A stretch of 64,000 nt of DNA from Nannocystaceae bacterium ST9 (GTDB lineage Bacteria > Myxococcota_A > Polyangia > Nannocystales > Nannocystaceae), in NCBI GenBank assembly GCA_048320885.1, contig JBLWFJ010000001.1:5569697-5633696 (forward strand), written 5' to 3'. Shown here piece after piece: positions 25,416 to 34,758 of the stretch. Within the stretch, counting starts at the first letter, position 1, and every line of letters starts with the position of its first letter. A program made the position numbers and the translations under genes. Under the pieces are notes generated by a model. That model saw only the letters and a list, made by a program, of their open reading frames with translations, had not been told where the DNA came from and did not search any database.

Positions 25416-27581
25416 ATGTCCGTCTCGCTTCGCCGGGTCTGTCTCCCGCTCGCGCTCGTTGCCTGTCACCCGCCGCCCAGCACCGGCGAGCAGCCCGAAC
25501 CGGGCGGATCGATCGATCCCGGCAAGCTCGACGACGAGCCGAAGCCCAAGCCGCCGACCACCGGCGTCGCGGGTCTGCTCGCGTCGATCGATCCGCAGGC
25601 CGATCCCTGCGTCGACTTTCATCGCTACGCGTGCGGGGGCTGGCTCGACGCGACCGAGCGCCCGGCCGATCAGCCCTTCTATGGTCGCTCGTTCGATCAG
25701 GTCAGCGACGCCAACGAGCAGGTCTTGCACGAGCTGCTCGACGAGCTCGCCGCGCAGGCGCTCCAGCCGATCGAGGGCCAGCGAGATCCGATCGTCGCCC
25801 AGCTCGGGGGCTACTACGCGGCCTGCATGGATCTCGACGCGCGCGACCAGGCCGGGCTCGCTCCGCTCGCGCCGACCCTGGCGGGGATCGAGGGCATCGC
25901 CGATCGCGAGCAATTCATGACCGTGCTCGGCGAGCTGCATCGGACGATCTGGGGCCGGGTCGGCTGGCTCGGCAGCCCGGCCGCGCCGCCTTTCTTCATC
26001 GCGCTGGTCGAGTCCGACTACATGCAGGCGCCCGACAAGAACATGCTCACGCTCTCGCAGGCCGGGCTCGGGCTGCCGAGTCGCGCGATGTACCTGCCGC
26101 CCGAAGGCCCCGAGGGCGAGGCCGGTCGCGCGCTGCTCGAAAGGTATCGCCGGCACGTCGCGGCGGTGTTCGAGGCGGCGGGTGTTCCGGCCGAGCAGGC
26201 GGCCGCCGACGCGGCGGTGGTGCTGGCGATCGAGACCGAGCTGGCCGCGGCCTCGCTGACCCCGGTCGAGCTGCGCGACGACGAGGCCAACTATCACAAG
26301 CTCGGGTTCAAGGGGCTCGGCAAGCTCGGCAAGCGCGTGGCGTGGAAGGCCTACTTCGCGGCCGCCGAGCTGCCGCAGACCCGCCGGCTGGTCGTTCGAA
26401 CCCCGAAGTTCTTCACCGCCGCGGCCGCGCTGATCGACGCGCGCGAGCTCGCCGAGCTGCGGACCTACCTGAAGTGGTCGGTGCTGCACGCCGCGGCGCC
26501 GCACCTCGATCGCCGCTTCATCACGCTCGACTTCCAGCTCACTCAGCTGGTCACCGGCGTCGAGCAGGCCCCGCCGCAGTGGAAGGTCTGCGCCAACGAG
26601 GCCATGTGGGCGCTGCCCGATCGGATCGGCCCGCGCTACGTCGAGCGGGCGTTCCCGGGCGAGAGCAAGGCGATCGCCGACGACATGATCGATCGCATCA
26701 ATGCAGCGATGAACGCCGGCTTCCCGAGCCTCGCGTGGATGGACGACGCGACCCGCGAGAAGGCGGCCGAGAAGATCGCCAAGATGGATCGCAAGATCGG
26801 CTACCCCGATCGATGGCGCGACTACGCCGACGTGGCGATCGATCCCGGCCGACACTTCGCCAACGTGTTGGCCGAGAAGCAGGCCAACGCCGCGCGCGAG
26901 GCCGGCAAGATCGATCAGCCGATCGATCGCAGCGAATGGTTGATGCCGGCCCCGCTGGTCAACGCCTACAACAACCCGGCGACCAACGAGATCGCGTTTC
27001 CGGCCGGGATCCTTCAGCCGCCCTTCTTCGCCGCCGACCAGCCGATGGTCATGAACTTCGGCGGGATCGGGGCGATCGCCGGGCACGAGCTCACCCACGG
27101 ATTCGACGACGAGGGCCGCAAGCGCGACGCCAGCGGCAAGCTGACCCAGTGGTGGTCGGAGCCGGTCGCGGCCGCGTTCGAGCAGCGGGTCGCCTGCGTC
27201 GAGCAGCAGTACTCGCGCTACGAGGCGCTGCCCGGCAAGTTCGTCGACGGCGAGCTGACGGCCGGAGAGAACATCGCCGACATCGGCGGCGTGAAGGAGG
27301 CCTACTTCGCCTACCAGACCTGGGTGGCCGAGGCGCCGGAGCGCGGCGAGCCGGTCGCCGAGGGCCTGACCAACGATCAGGTGTTCTTCGTCGCCTGGGC
27401 GCAGAACTGGTGCGCGCACGCGACCGAGGCCCACACGCTGCGCCAGCTCGAGATGGATCCGCACTCGCCGGCCAAGTTCCGCGCGATCGGTCCGCTCGCC
27501 AATTTGCCCGCGTTCGCCGAGGCGTTCGCGTGCGCCGAGGGAACCCCCATGAACCCCGTCGATCGCTGCGAGGTCTGGTGA
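25416..27581 (+). CDS. M13 family zinc metallopeptidase (neprilysin/PepO-like; HELTH zinc motif), lipoprotein
   Basis: Real part of ORF 25299..27581 from ATG 25416 (MSVSLRRVCLPLALVAC); 'HELTHGFD' and 'ENIADIGG' motifs. Confidence 0.85.
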   Translation: MSVSLRRVCLPLALVACHPPPSTGEQPEPGGSIDPGKLDDEPKPKPPTTGVAGLLASIDPQADPCVDFHRYACGGWLDATERPADQPFYGRSFDQVSDANEQVLHELLDELAAQALQPIEGQRDPIVAQLGGYYAACMDLDARDQAGLAPLAPTLAGIEGIADREQFMTVLGELHRTIWGRVGWLGSPAAPPFFIALVESDYMQAPDKNMLTLSQAGLGLPSRAMYLPPEGPEGEAGRALLERYRRHVAAVFEAAGVPAEQAAADAAVVLAIETELAAASLTPVELRDDEANYHKLGFKGLGKLGKRVAWKAYFAAAELPQTRRLVVRTPKFFTAAAALIDARELAELRTYLKWSVLHAAAPHLDRRFITLDFQLTQLVTGVEQAPPQWKVCANEAMWALPDRIGPRYVERAFPGESKAIADDMIDRINAAMNAGFPSLAWMDDATREKAAEKIAKMDRKIGYPDRWRDYADVAIDPGRHFANVLAEKQANAAREAGKIDQPIDRSEWLMPAPLVNAYNNPATNEIAFPAGILQPPFFAADQPMVMNFGGIGAIAGHELTHGFDDEGRKRDASGKLTQWWSEPVAAAFEQRVACVEQQYSRYEALPGKFVDGELTAGENIADIGGVKEAYFAYQTWVAEAPERGEPVAEGLTNDQVFFVAWAQNWCAHATEAHTLRQLEMDPHSPAKFRAIGPLANLPAFAEAFACAEGTPMNPVDRCEVW

Positions 27582-27583
27582 TC

Positions 27584-28744
27584 ATGTCCAGCGAGTTTCG
27601 TCGTCGCCACCCTGGTTGGAAGCCCGAGCACGAGGAGTTGCGCCGCGGCGTGCGGGCCTTCGTCGATCGCGAGATCGCGCCCTTCGTCGACGCCTGGGAC
27701 GAAGCCGGCGAGTTCCCGCGCGAGCTCTATCGCAAGGCCGCCGAGGTCGGCCTGCTCGGGTTCGGCTTCCCCGAGGAGTACGGCGGCACGCCCTGCGACG
27801 CGTTCACGCGCATGATGATCAGCGAGGAGCTGACGCGGCCCGGCTCGGGCGGGCTCGCGGCCGGCTTGATGAGCCACGGGATCGGCCTGCCGCCGGTGGT
27901 CTCGCTCGGCTCGGCCGAGCTCAAGGCCCGCGTGGTCCCGGGCGTGATCGCGGGCGAGACGATCAGCGCGTTGGCGATCACCGAGCCCTCGGGTGGCTCC
28001 GACGTCGCCGCGCTCAGGACCACCGCCCGCCGCGAGGGCGACCACTACGTCGTGAAGGGCAGCAAGACCTTCATCACCTCGGGCATGCGCGCCGACTGGA
28101 TCACCACCGCGGTGCGGACCGGCGGCGAAGGCATGGCCGGCATCTCGCTGCTGTTGATCCCCGGCGACGCGCCCGGGCTCGCGCGGACCGACCTGAAGAA
28201 GATGGGCTGGTGGTGCTCGGACACCGCCACGCTCTACTTCGACGAGTGTCGGGTCCCGGTCGCCAACCTGCTCGGGCTCGAGAACCAGGGCTTCTTGGGC
28301 ATCATGCAGAACTTCAATGGCGAGCGCATGGCTCTGGCCGCGCTCGCGCTCGGGTTCTCGCGGGTCTGCTACGCCGAGGCGCTGGCCTGGGCCACGCAGC
28401 GACAGACCTTCGGCAAGCCCTTGGTTCGCCATCAGGTCGTTCGCCACAAGCTGGTCGACATGGCCACGGCCATCCGCGCGCTCGAGTGCACGCTCGACGA
28501 TCTCGCCTGGCGGATCGATCAGCGCGAGCAGCCGATCGCCGAGGTCTGCATGCTCAAGAACCAAGCCACCCAGTGCGTCGAGCTCTGCGCCAAGGAGGGC
28601 GTGCAGATCCTCGGCGGGGCCGGGTTCACGCGCGGGACCAAGGTCGAGCGGATCTATCGCGAGACCAAGGTGCTGAGCATCGGCGGTGGGGCCGAAGAGA
28701 TCATGAAGGAGCTCGCCGCTCGCCAGCTCGGGATGCTGCGATGA
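27584..28744 (+). CDS. Acyl-CoA dehydrogenase family protein
   Basis: C-terminal real portion of artefactual ORF 24659..28744, from ATG 27584 (MSSEFRRRHPGWKPEHEEL); ACAD family sequence; 2 bp after the peptidase stop. Confidence 0.85.
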   Translation: MSSEFRRRHPGWKPEHEELRRGVRAFVDREIAPFVDAWDEAGEFPRELYRKAAEVGLLGFGFPEEYGGTPCDAFTRMMISEELTRPGSGGLAAGLMSHGIGLPPVVSLGSAELKARVVPGVIAGETISALAITEPSGGSDVAALRTTARREGDHYVVKGSKTFITSGMRADWITTAVRTGGEGMAGISLLLIPGDAPGLARTDLKKMGWWCSDTATLYFDECRVPVANLLGLENQGFLGIMQNFNGERMALAALALGFSRVCYAEALAWATQRQTFGKPLVRHQVVRHKLVDMATAIRALECTLDDLAWRIDQREQPIAEVCMLKNQATQCVELCAKEGVQILGGAGFTRGTKVERIYRETKVLSIGGGAEEIMKELAARQLGMLR

Positions 28745-29769
28745 TCTACCCGAAGAAGCGGGCCGCGATCGTCGGGGCCGGGATCGCCGGCCTGAGCTGC
28801 GCCAAGCCCTTGATCGACGCCGGCTGGTCGGTGACGCTGATCGACAAGGGTCGAAGGCCCGGCGGGCGCAGCTCGACCCGCAGGACCACGCTGACCGACG
28901 GCACCCAGACCAGCTTCGATCACGGCGCGCAGTACTTCACCGTGCGCGACCCCGGGTTCGCCGGGTTGGTCGAGCGCTGGCGCGGGCTCGGCAAGCTCGC
29001 CGTCTGGCGGCCTCGCCTGCGTACGATCGCCGGCCCGGGCTTTCGCGTGGCCGCGGGTGGCGAGCCGGTCGAAGACGACGTCGAGCGACTCGTCGCCGTG
29101 CCGGGCATGAGCGCGCTGCCGGAGCTGGTCTTGGCCGAGCTCGGCAGCGAGCGACTCGAGCTGCGGCTCGACACGCGGATCACCCGAGTTCGGCGCGAAA
29201 AATTCGAGTGGGAGATCGAGGACGATCAGGGCCGCCGCCATGGCGGCTTCGATCGCGTGATCCTGAACATGCCCGCGGCCCAAGCCGCGCCGCTGCTCGC
29301 CGGTCACGCGCCCGACCTCGAAGCGCGCGCGCTCGCGTGTCGCATGGACCCCTGCTGGGCCGTCATGGTTCGGCCCCGGCGACCGCTCGAGCTCGACTTC
29401 GACGCCGCGTTCGTGAGCGACTCGCCGCTGGCCTGGATCGCCGACAACGGCAGCAAGCCCGGCCGCCCGAGCGGCCAGAGCTGGGTGCTGCACGCCGACG
29501 CGGCCTGGTCGGAGGCCCAGCTCGAGCGCGATGGCGGCTGGATCGGCCGCGAGCTGCTGGCCGTGTTCTCGGGGCTGATCGGGCGCTCGATCGAGATCGA
29601 CGCGCTCGACGTGCATCGCTGGCGCTACGCCAAGCCCGAGCCGCTCGCCGAGGCTTGCCTGCTCTCGGAGCTCGGGATCGGGGCCTGCGGGGATTGGTGC
29701 GGCGGGCCGCGGATCGAGGGCGCGTTCGTGTCCGGGCGGGCGTTGGCGCTGGCGCTGCTGGACGGGTAG
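28741..29769 (+). CDS. NAD(P)/FAD-dependent oxidoreductase (renalase/amine-oxidase-like; GAGIAGLS dinucleotide motif)
   Basis: Real part of ORF 27616..29769 from ATG 28741, overlapping the ACAD stop (ATGA). Confidence 0.8.
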   Translation: MIYPKKRAAIVGAGIAGLSCAKPLIDAGWSVTLIDKGRRPGGRSSTRRTTLTDGTQTSFDHGAQYFTVRDPGFAGLVERWRGLGKLAVWRPRLRTIAGPGFRVAAGGEPVEDDVERLVAVPGMSALPELVLAELGSERLELRLDTRITRVRREKFEWEIEDDQGRRHGGFDRVILNMPAAQAAPLLAGHAPDLEARALACRMDPCWAVMVRPRRPLELDFDAAFVSDSPLAWIADNGSKPGRPSGQSWVLHADAAWSEAQLERDGGWIGRELLAVFSGLIGRSIEIDALDVHRWRYAKPEPLAEACLLSELGIGACGDWCGGPRIEGAFVSGRALALALLDG

Positions 29770-29911
29770 TCCCGAAGGGGGCCGCAGAGTGATCCGCGAC
29801 TCGTGCCATCATCGCGGCGTGCAAGCGGCGGCCTGGCTGGCCGAGGCGGATCCACGTCTGAGCTGACCAGGCGAGCATGCCCCCACGAGGGCCGAGATGA
29901 GCCCTGCGCCA

Positions 29912-31207
29912 TCATCCCCACCCGCCCACATCCGCTCGAAACCCCTCGGCCAGCATCATCCAACCGATCACTTCGTGAAGATCGAGCCGACTGCCGTCCC
30001 ACGTCATCGACTGCTCGCCCGAGGGCTCGGCCGTGTCGAGCCAAGCGGCGACGGCCTCGGGATCGATGCAATGGTTCGGTGCAGGCGCGATGGTCAGACC
30101 GTGGGCATTGATGAATTCGAGCTTGCCCGCCCGAACCTCGACGTGCAATTTGCCCTCGTGGACCAAGCCGTGGTGGCCAGGGCAGAGCAGCACGAGGTTC
30201 GAGATCGAGGTCTCGCCGCCTTCTGCCCACGCGTCGACGTGATGGGCCTGCAAATGCCGCGAGCGCCCGCACCCCGGTACGCGACAGCCACCGTCGCGCA
30301 GCGTCAGCGCCCGCCCGATCGCAGCCGGGATGGTTCGACGCGAACGGCCGACGTCGAGGATCTCGCCCGACTCGCCGACGCTCACGTCGACCCGCGTGGC
30401 GTCGCAGGCCAGCATTCGCGCGACATGGAGCGGCAATGGCGTGCCATCGCGCAGGAATCCACCGATCCCCTCGGAGCCGTGGGCGAGCTGTTCGGGCGTG
30501 GTCATCATGATCAGCTCGCAACCGGTGCCACGCGTGGTCGGCTTGCGCTCGAGGTAGCCACGCGCGACCGCGACCAGCGCGTCGGCTTGATCGGAGCCGT
30601 AATCCCCCGCGGGAGATTGTGGGTCGTTGGCGGCGCGGGCAGGCGTCGAATCTCCCGCGGGAGATTGCGCCATGTCCATCGCCGCTCGAACAACGAGCGC
30701 CTCCTCGGGCCCGACCTGGGCGACGATTCGAACCATGCCATCCGGGGTCTCGGTGAAGCGGGCGAATCGGCGCGGCGCTTCGCCGCCCTGCTCGGAATTC
30801 GCGTGAGCTCGGACTCGCCGCAATCCAGCGACGATCTTGTCGAGTTGGCTGGCGGTCGCGGCCTTGGCCACGTCGATCAGGGTTTGTTGGGTGGCCGGCG
30901 TAGCGGCGCGGGTGAGCGCACGAACCTTCGAGTAGGTCAGCTCACCGGCCGCGAATGCTCGATCGATCAAAGCCAGCTCACCGAGCGCCCGGGCGATACG
31001 GACATGCTCGCTGGCCGTCTTGTTGCTGGTGCCCGTCCACCAGGCCAGCCACGCGACCATCGAGACGCAGCCCGTGTCCGCCCAACCATTGCGGGCGTCG
31101 AATTCACGGATTCGACCGAGCCATGCGTGCTTGACTGCATCGACGTTGCGGGCGAGTTCGGCGATCTGCCGGGCGAGGTGTTCGATGGATTCCAAACAAT
31201 CGGCCAT
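29912..31207 (-). CDS. DUF222 domain + HNH endonuclease (13E12-repeat-type 'HNH endonuclease signature motif' protein), mobile-element-like
   Basis: ORF 29912..31210; HNH motif (…CRVPGCGRSRHLQAHHVDAWAEGGETSISNLVLLCPGHHGLVH…); internal direct repeat QSPAGDxx; lower local GC. Confidence 0.8.
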   Translation of the reverse strand: MADCLESIEHLARQIAELARNVDAVKHAWLGRIREFDARNGWADTGCVSMVAWLAWWTGTSNKTASEHVRIARALGELALIDRAFAAGELTYSKVRALTRAATPATQQTLIDVAKAATASQLDKIVAGLRRVRAHANSEQGGEAPRRFARFTETPDGMVRIVAQVGPEEALVVRAAMDMAQSPAGDSTPARAANDPQSPAGDYGSDQADALVAVARGYLERKPTTRGTGCELIMMTTPEQLAHGSEGIGGFLRDGTPLPLHVARMLACDATRVDVSVGESGEILDVGRSRRTIPAAIGRALTLRDGGCRVPGCGRSRHLQAHHVDAWAEGGETSISNLVLLCPGHHGLVHEGKLHVEVRAGKLEFINAHGLTIAPAPNHCIDPEAVAAWLDTAEPSGEQSMTWDGSRLDLHEVIGWMMLAEGFRADVGGWG

Positions 31208-31352
31208 CACGTGAATATGATATCATTGAAGCGCGCGAATGTCAAGTCGAGTCCACGATGGGCGGGTGGCCCATCGCGCTCACGCGACCGCACGGACCAC
31301 GATAGCGCGTTCGGAATGAGCAGAGGGCTGAGCTGCGAGAGCCCGGAGCTGA

Positions 31353-31493
31353 ATGATGCGACGTGTGTATGCTGCATTCGCCACCGGCGAGCTCGGCTAT
31401 TCCAAGGTTCGCGCAATCACGCGAGCGGCGACGCCCGAGACCGAGCAGGATTTCCTCGATGTTGCGACGCGGATCTCGTCAATGGCCAGATGA
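31353..31493 (+). pseudogene. Inverted partial copy (46 codons) of a DUF222-family gene N-terminal region (MMRRVYAAFATGELGYSKVRAITRAATPETEQDFLDVATRISSMAR)
   Basis: ~70% nt identity to reverse complement of 30860..30960 inside the full DUF222-HNH gene (FAAGELTYSKVRALTRAATPATQQTLIDVA); short, no domain completeness. Confidence 0.5.
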
Positions 31494-31705
31494 TTCATGA
31501 TTCGACGTGCGTGGTTCCGGGGTGTCATGCCGATGGCGTCGACCTGTCCGTGCGGGTCCCTCTGCTCGACGATGCGGGCTTGACCGATCAAATTCGAAAC
31601 GGCGGGACCTCGGCCGATGGCGTCATGCCTGCGTTCTCGGAGAATTTGATCAGCGACGAGGACCTGGTCGACCTCATCGCTTTTCTTCGCCAGATGTATC
31701 CCTGA
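31490..31705 (+). pseudogene. C-terminal fragment of a class I c-type cytochrome (…TCVVPGCHADG…GVMPAFSENLISDEDLVDLIAFLRQMYP), no signal peptide, likely remnant
   Basis: 3' end of artefactual ORF 29897..31705; cytochrome c-like C-terminal helix (MPAF…LSDEDLVDLIAFLR), non-canonical CX4CH; low-GC codons. Confidence 0.4.
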
Positions 31706-31790
31706 CCCGGCCGTGTCAGGGCCGCAGGACTGCGATCCGCGCGAACTCGCCGCGACTGAAAGCCGGCGGCCGCTCGTGGGTTCGGACGGC

Positions 31791-32324
31791 ATGGCGCGCG
31801 TGCTCGGGCTCCTCGTCGCATCGTCGTTGACCTACACCTTTCCGCTGCCCGAGAACGCGGCGGTCGTCGAGCCTGCGCCGTCGGTGGGTGCCGAGCAACT
31901 CTACACGGTCGACCCTCCCCCGGAACGACCTCCCCCGGCTGGGGTCTGGTCCGACGCCGAGAGTGAATCCTCGTCCGGAACGGCCGACGCGACCTGGACC
32001 GACGATGCCCGGCTCAGCCGCGTGCGGGTGCGGGCGAGCAAGCAGGTCAACGCTCGCCTGGTGCGTCGCTCGATCACTCGCCAGTCATTGAAGTTCGAGG
32101 CTTGCCACCAACAAGAGGGGGGCCGGCGCGGGAAGGCGAAGCTCGAGTTGCGACTGCACTTCGACGCGCAGGGCGAGCTGGTCTCGATCGAACTCCTCGC
32201 CGGCACGCTCGGCAACGCCCGCGTCAACCGGTGCGTCGCAGCGGTGCTGTTTGGCCTCGATTGGCAGGGGCTGCCCAGCCAGCGAAGCGTGGTCGACCTC
32301 GACCTCGCCCTGCGCATGCGCTGA
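31791..32324 (+). CDS. Secreted hypothetical protein with AgmX/TonB-C-terminal-like domain
   Basis: Real part of ORF 31713..32324 from ATG 31791 (MARVLGLLVASSLTYTFPLPE signal); C-terminal region resembles myxobacterial AgmX/PglI C-terminal domain. Confidence 0.55.
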   Translation: MARVLGLLVASSLTYTFPLPENAAVVEPAPSVGAEQLYTVDPPPERPPPAGVWSDAESESSSGTADATWTDDARLSRVRVRASKQVNARLVRRSITRQSLKFEACHQQEGGRRGKAKLELRLHFDAQGELVSIELLAGTLGNARVNRCVAAVLFGLDWQGLPSQRSVVDLDLALRMR

Positions 32325-32358
32325 TTCCTCGATCGGAGTACGCTCGCGTGGCCTCGCC

Positions 32359-34713
32359 ATGCCACGCGCTTCGATCTCCAATCCGATCACGGTGACCTGT
32401 CTGCTCGCGCTGGGCTGCACCGAGTCGCGCACGACCACCCGCCCCGACGACGACGCGAAGGGCGAGCTCGCCGGGCTGCCGAGCTTCGCTCGACCCGAGC
32501 CGGTCCCGCTCGCCGCCGATCAGGCGCTGCTCGTCGCGCAGATCCAGATCGAGCGGCCTCGCGAGTGGCGCTTCGAGCCGGGTGGTCGGCGGGTGGCGGC
32601 GCGGCTCGGACCGGAGTGCGGGGTCTGGCAGCTCGGCAGCGGCGACTTCCTCGGTCGAGTCGGGCCGGAGGTCGCGGGCGATCCTTGCGGGACCTGGCCG
32701 CAGAACGTGCCCTTGGTGCTGCCCGAAGACGCCGGCAACTTCACGCTCGCGCACGCCGACGGGCGCCAGCTGATGGTCGCGGGCGAGCGCTTCGAACTCG
32801 GCGGAAGCAAGCCGCTGCAGAATCGTCTGCGCGAGGGTCGACGCTATCGGGCCGCGGTGTTCAGCCCCGACGGCGCACGCCTGGCGCTCTTCGTGGCCGG
32901 CGAGCGCTCGCCCTTGACGGTCGAGATCTGGGATCTCGGGACTCGTCGACTCGCGCACGAGCTGATGGTCGAGCCCGAGGTCAACGATACGCTCACCCAC
33001 TTCTGGCTGCACTGGACCGAGCACTCGTTGATCGCCGTGGCCAGGACCAAGCCCGAGCCTTGCGACGGCGATCCAGCCACGCCCGCGCCCTACTGCGACA
33101 ACTGGTACGTCGGGCGCGGCGAGAGTCACATCGTCGAGGTCTGGCGCCACGCCGATCGAACGCCCGAACTCGTCGAGCCGATCGACGACTACTACGGGAC
33201 TCCGCGGATCGAGACGCTCTACCTCGAGCCCGATCAGCGCTGGCTGTTCGGATTGACCGAGCGGATCGAGGGTCGCAGCGGCACCGCGTTCTCGTTCTTC
33301 GAGATCCCGCTGCAGGCCGAGCCCGACGACGAGACCGCGCGGACGGGCCTGACCTGGTGGACGAATGGGCTCGATGGCCGCGGGACGCCGCCGCCGGTCA
33401 GGAGCCAGGGCTGGAGCGACGCGGTCGGCTCGAGCTTCTGGGAGGTCGAGGAGTACGGCACCGAGTACGGCGACTGGTTGAGCGCGCGCTGGACGATGCT
33501 CTCGCTGACCCCGGTGCCCGAGCGAGGCGTCGAGGTGCAATGGAGCGACGGGTCGGTGCTCGACGAGGACGTCGGCGAGCACGCCTGGCGGATCGAGTTG
33601 GCCGCGCGCACGACCTTGTTGGCCGACGTCGACAAGTGCCCGCCCAAGTGGTTGATCGACGAGGCCAGCGAGGCCGGCGAGGTGCTGCCCTGCACGAGCG
33701 ATCGGGTGGTGCCCGAGAGCTGCGAGCTGATCGACGCGAGCTGGGCGGGCGATCGAGTGCTGGTCGCCTGCGACCAGCGTTGGCTGTTGGCGAGCCTGCT
33801 GGGCGAGGCGAGCGCGGGCGATGGGCCGAGCGCGGACGCGGGCGGGATCGATCTCGCGGGCGCGCTCGAGCTGGCGCGCGGGACCGGGTCGCCGCGCCAG
33901 GTCGTCTGGGGGCCGCGCGGGATGGCGCTGTGGACCTTCGGCGAGGGCCTGCGACTCTTCGCGGGCGAGCGACTGGTCACGACCGACACCACGGTCAGCG
34001 ATCTGCATCGCGCCACGCTCGACGAGGAGCTCGACCTCGCGTTGGTTCGCACGCCCGAGGGCCTGCGAGTGGTCGACGTCGCGAGCGGCGAGCTCGGCCC
34101 GGTGTTGGCCTGGACCGAGCGGGTCGAGCACGCCGCGTTCTCGCCGGATCGTCGTCGGGTGGCGATCGCGGGCGCGAGCGAGCTCGCGGTGTTCGATCGC
34201 GGCGCGAGCTCGCCGAGCTTTCGCTCGCGCACGGGCAAGCTGGCCGGCGTGGCGTTCCGGCAAGACGGCGAGGTGCTCTGGGTCGGCGGCGCGCGGGCCT
34301 TGCCCGAGGTCCCGCTCGATCCCACGAGCGGCGAGTTGGTCGAGTCGGCGCTGCTCGATCGCGTGGCCTTCGATCGGATCGCGGCGGCCGATCTCGATCC
34401 GAGCTGGCGCTGGGCGATCGAGGAGGACGGGACGGTCCTGCGCACGATCGACGGCCAGGGCTTGCTGGTCTCGTGGGACGGCGAGTCGGCGATGAGCGAG
34501 AGCGGTTGGTTGCAGGGCTCGCCCGAGCGCTTCGATCAGCGCTTGCGGATCGGTCCGAGTCCGCTCGCGCCGGTGTATCGACTGGAGACGGTCGCGGATC
34601 AGCTCGCCCGACCCCAGCTGATGCGCGAGTTTTTTTCGGGCCAGGCGTTGCCCCGACCGAGCGTGCGGGCACCTTCGCCCACGAGCGAGCCGGCGGGCGA
34701 GCCGAAGCCCTGA
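32359..34713 (+). CDS. Lipoprotein with WD40/PD40 (TolB-like) beta-propeller repeats (FSPDGxRLA motifs), 784 aa
   Basis: ORF 32251..34713 from ATG 32359 (MPRASISNPITVTCLLALGC); the 1582-aa minus ORF over this region is a mirror artefact. Confidence 0.75.
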   Translation: MPRASISNPITVTCLLALGCTESRTTTRPDDDAKGELAGLPSFARPEPVPLAADQALLVAQIQIERPREWRFEPGGRRVAARLGPECGVWQLGSGDFLGRVGPEVAGDPCGTWPQNVPLVLPEDAGNFTLAHADGRQLMVAGERFELGGSKPLQNRLREGRRYRAAVFSPDGARLALFVAGERSPLTVEIWDLGTRRLAHELMVEPEVNDTLTHFWLHWTEHSLIAVARTKPEPCDGDPATPAPYCDNWYVGRGESHIVEVWRHADRTPELVEPIDDYYGTPRIETLYLEPDQRWLFGLTERIEGRSGTAFSFFEIPLQAEPDDETARTGLTWWTNGLDGRGTPPPVRSQGWSDAVGSSFWEVEEYGTEYGDWLSARWTMLSLTPVPERGVEVQWSDGSVLDEDVGEHAWRIELAARTTLLADVDKCPPKWLIDEASEAGEVLPCTSDRVVPESCELIDASWAGDRVLVACDQRWLLASLLGEASAGDGPSADAGGIDLAGALELARGTGSPRQVVWGPRGMALWTFGEGLRLFAGERLVTTDTTVSDLHRATLDEELDLALVRTPEGLRVVDVASGELGPVLAWTERVEHAAFSPDRRRVAIAGASELAVFDRGASSPSFRSRTGKLAGVAFRQDGEVLWVGGARALPEVPLDPTSGELVESALLDRVAFDRIAAADLDPSWRWAIEEDGTVLRTIDGQGLLVSWDGESAMSESGWLQGSPERFDQRLRIGPSPLAPVYRLETVADQLARPQLMREFFSGQALPRPSVRAPSPTSEPAGEPKP

Positions 34714-34758
34714 GCACGCGCTGCGCCAAACCCACCGCGTTCGAGTACCCTGCGGTGC

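Noticed and set aside
24659-28744. 1361-aa + ORF spanning the ABC ATPase (antisense), M13 peptidase (other frame) and acyl-CoA dehydrogenase
   Set aside because: Only the last 386 codons (from ATG 27584) are real (acyl-CoA dehydrogenase); upstream part is R/A/G-rich read-through
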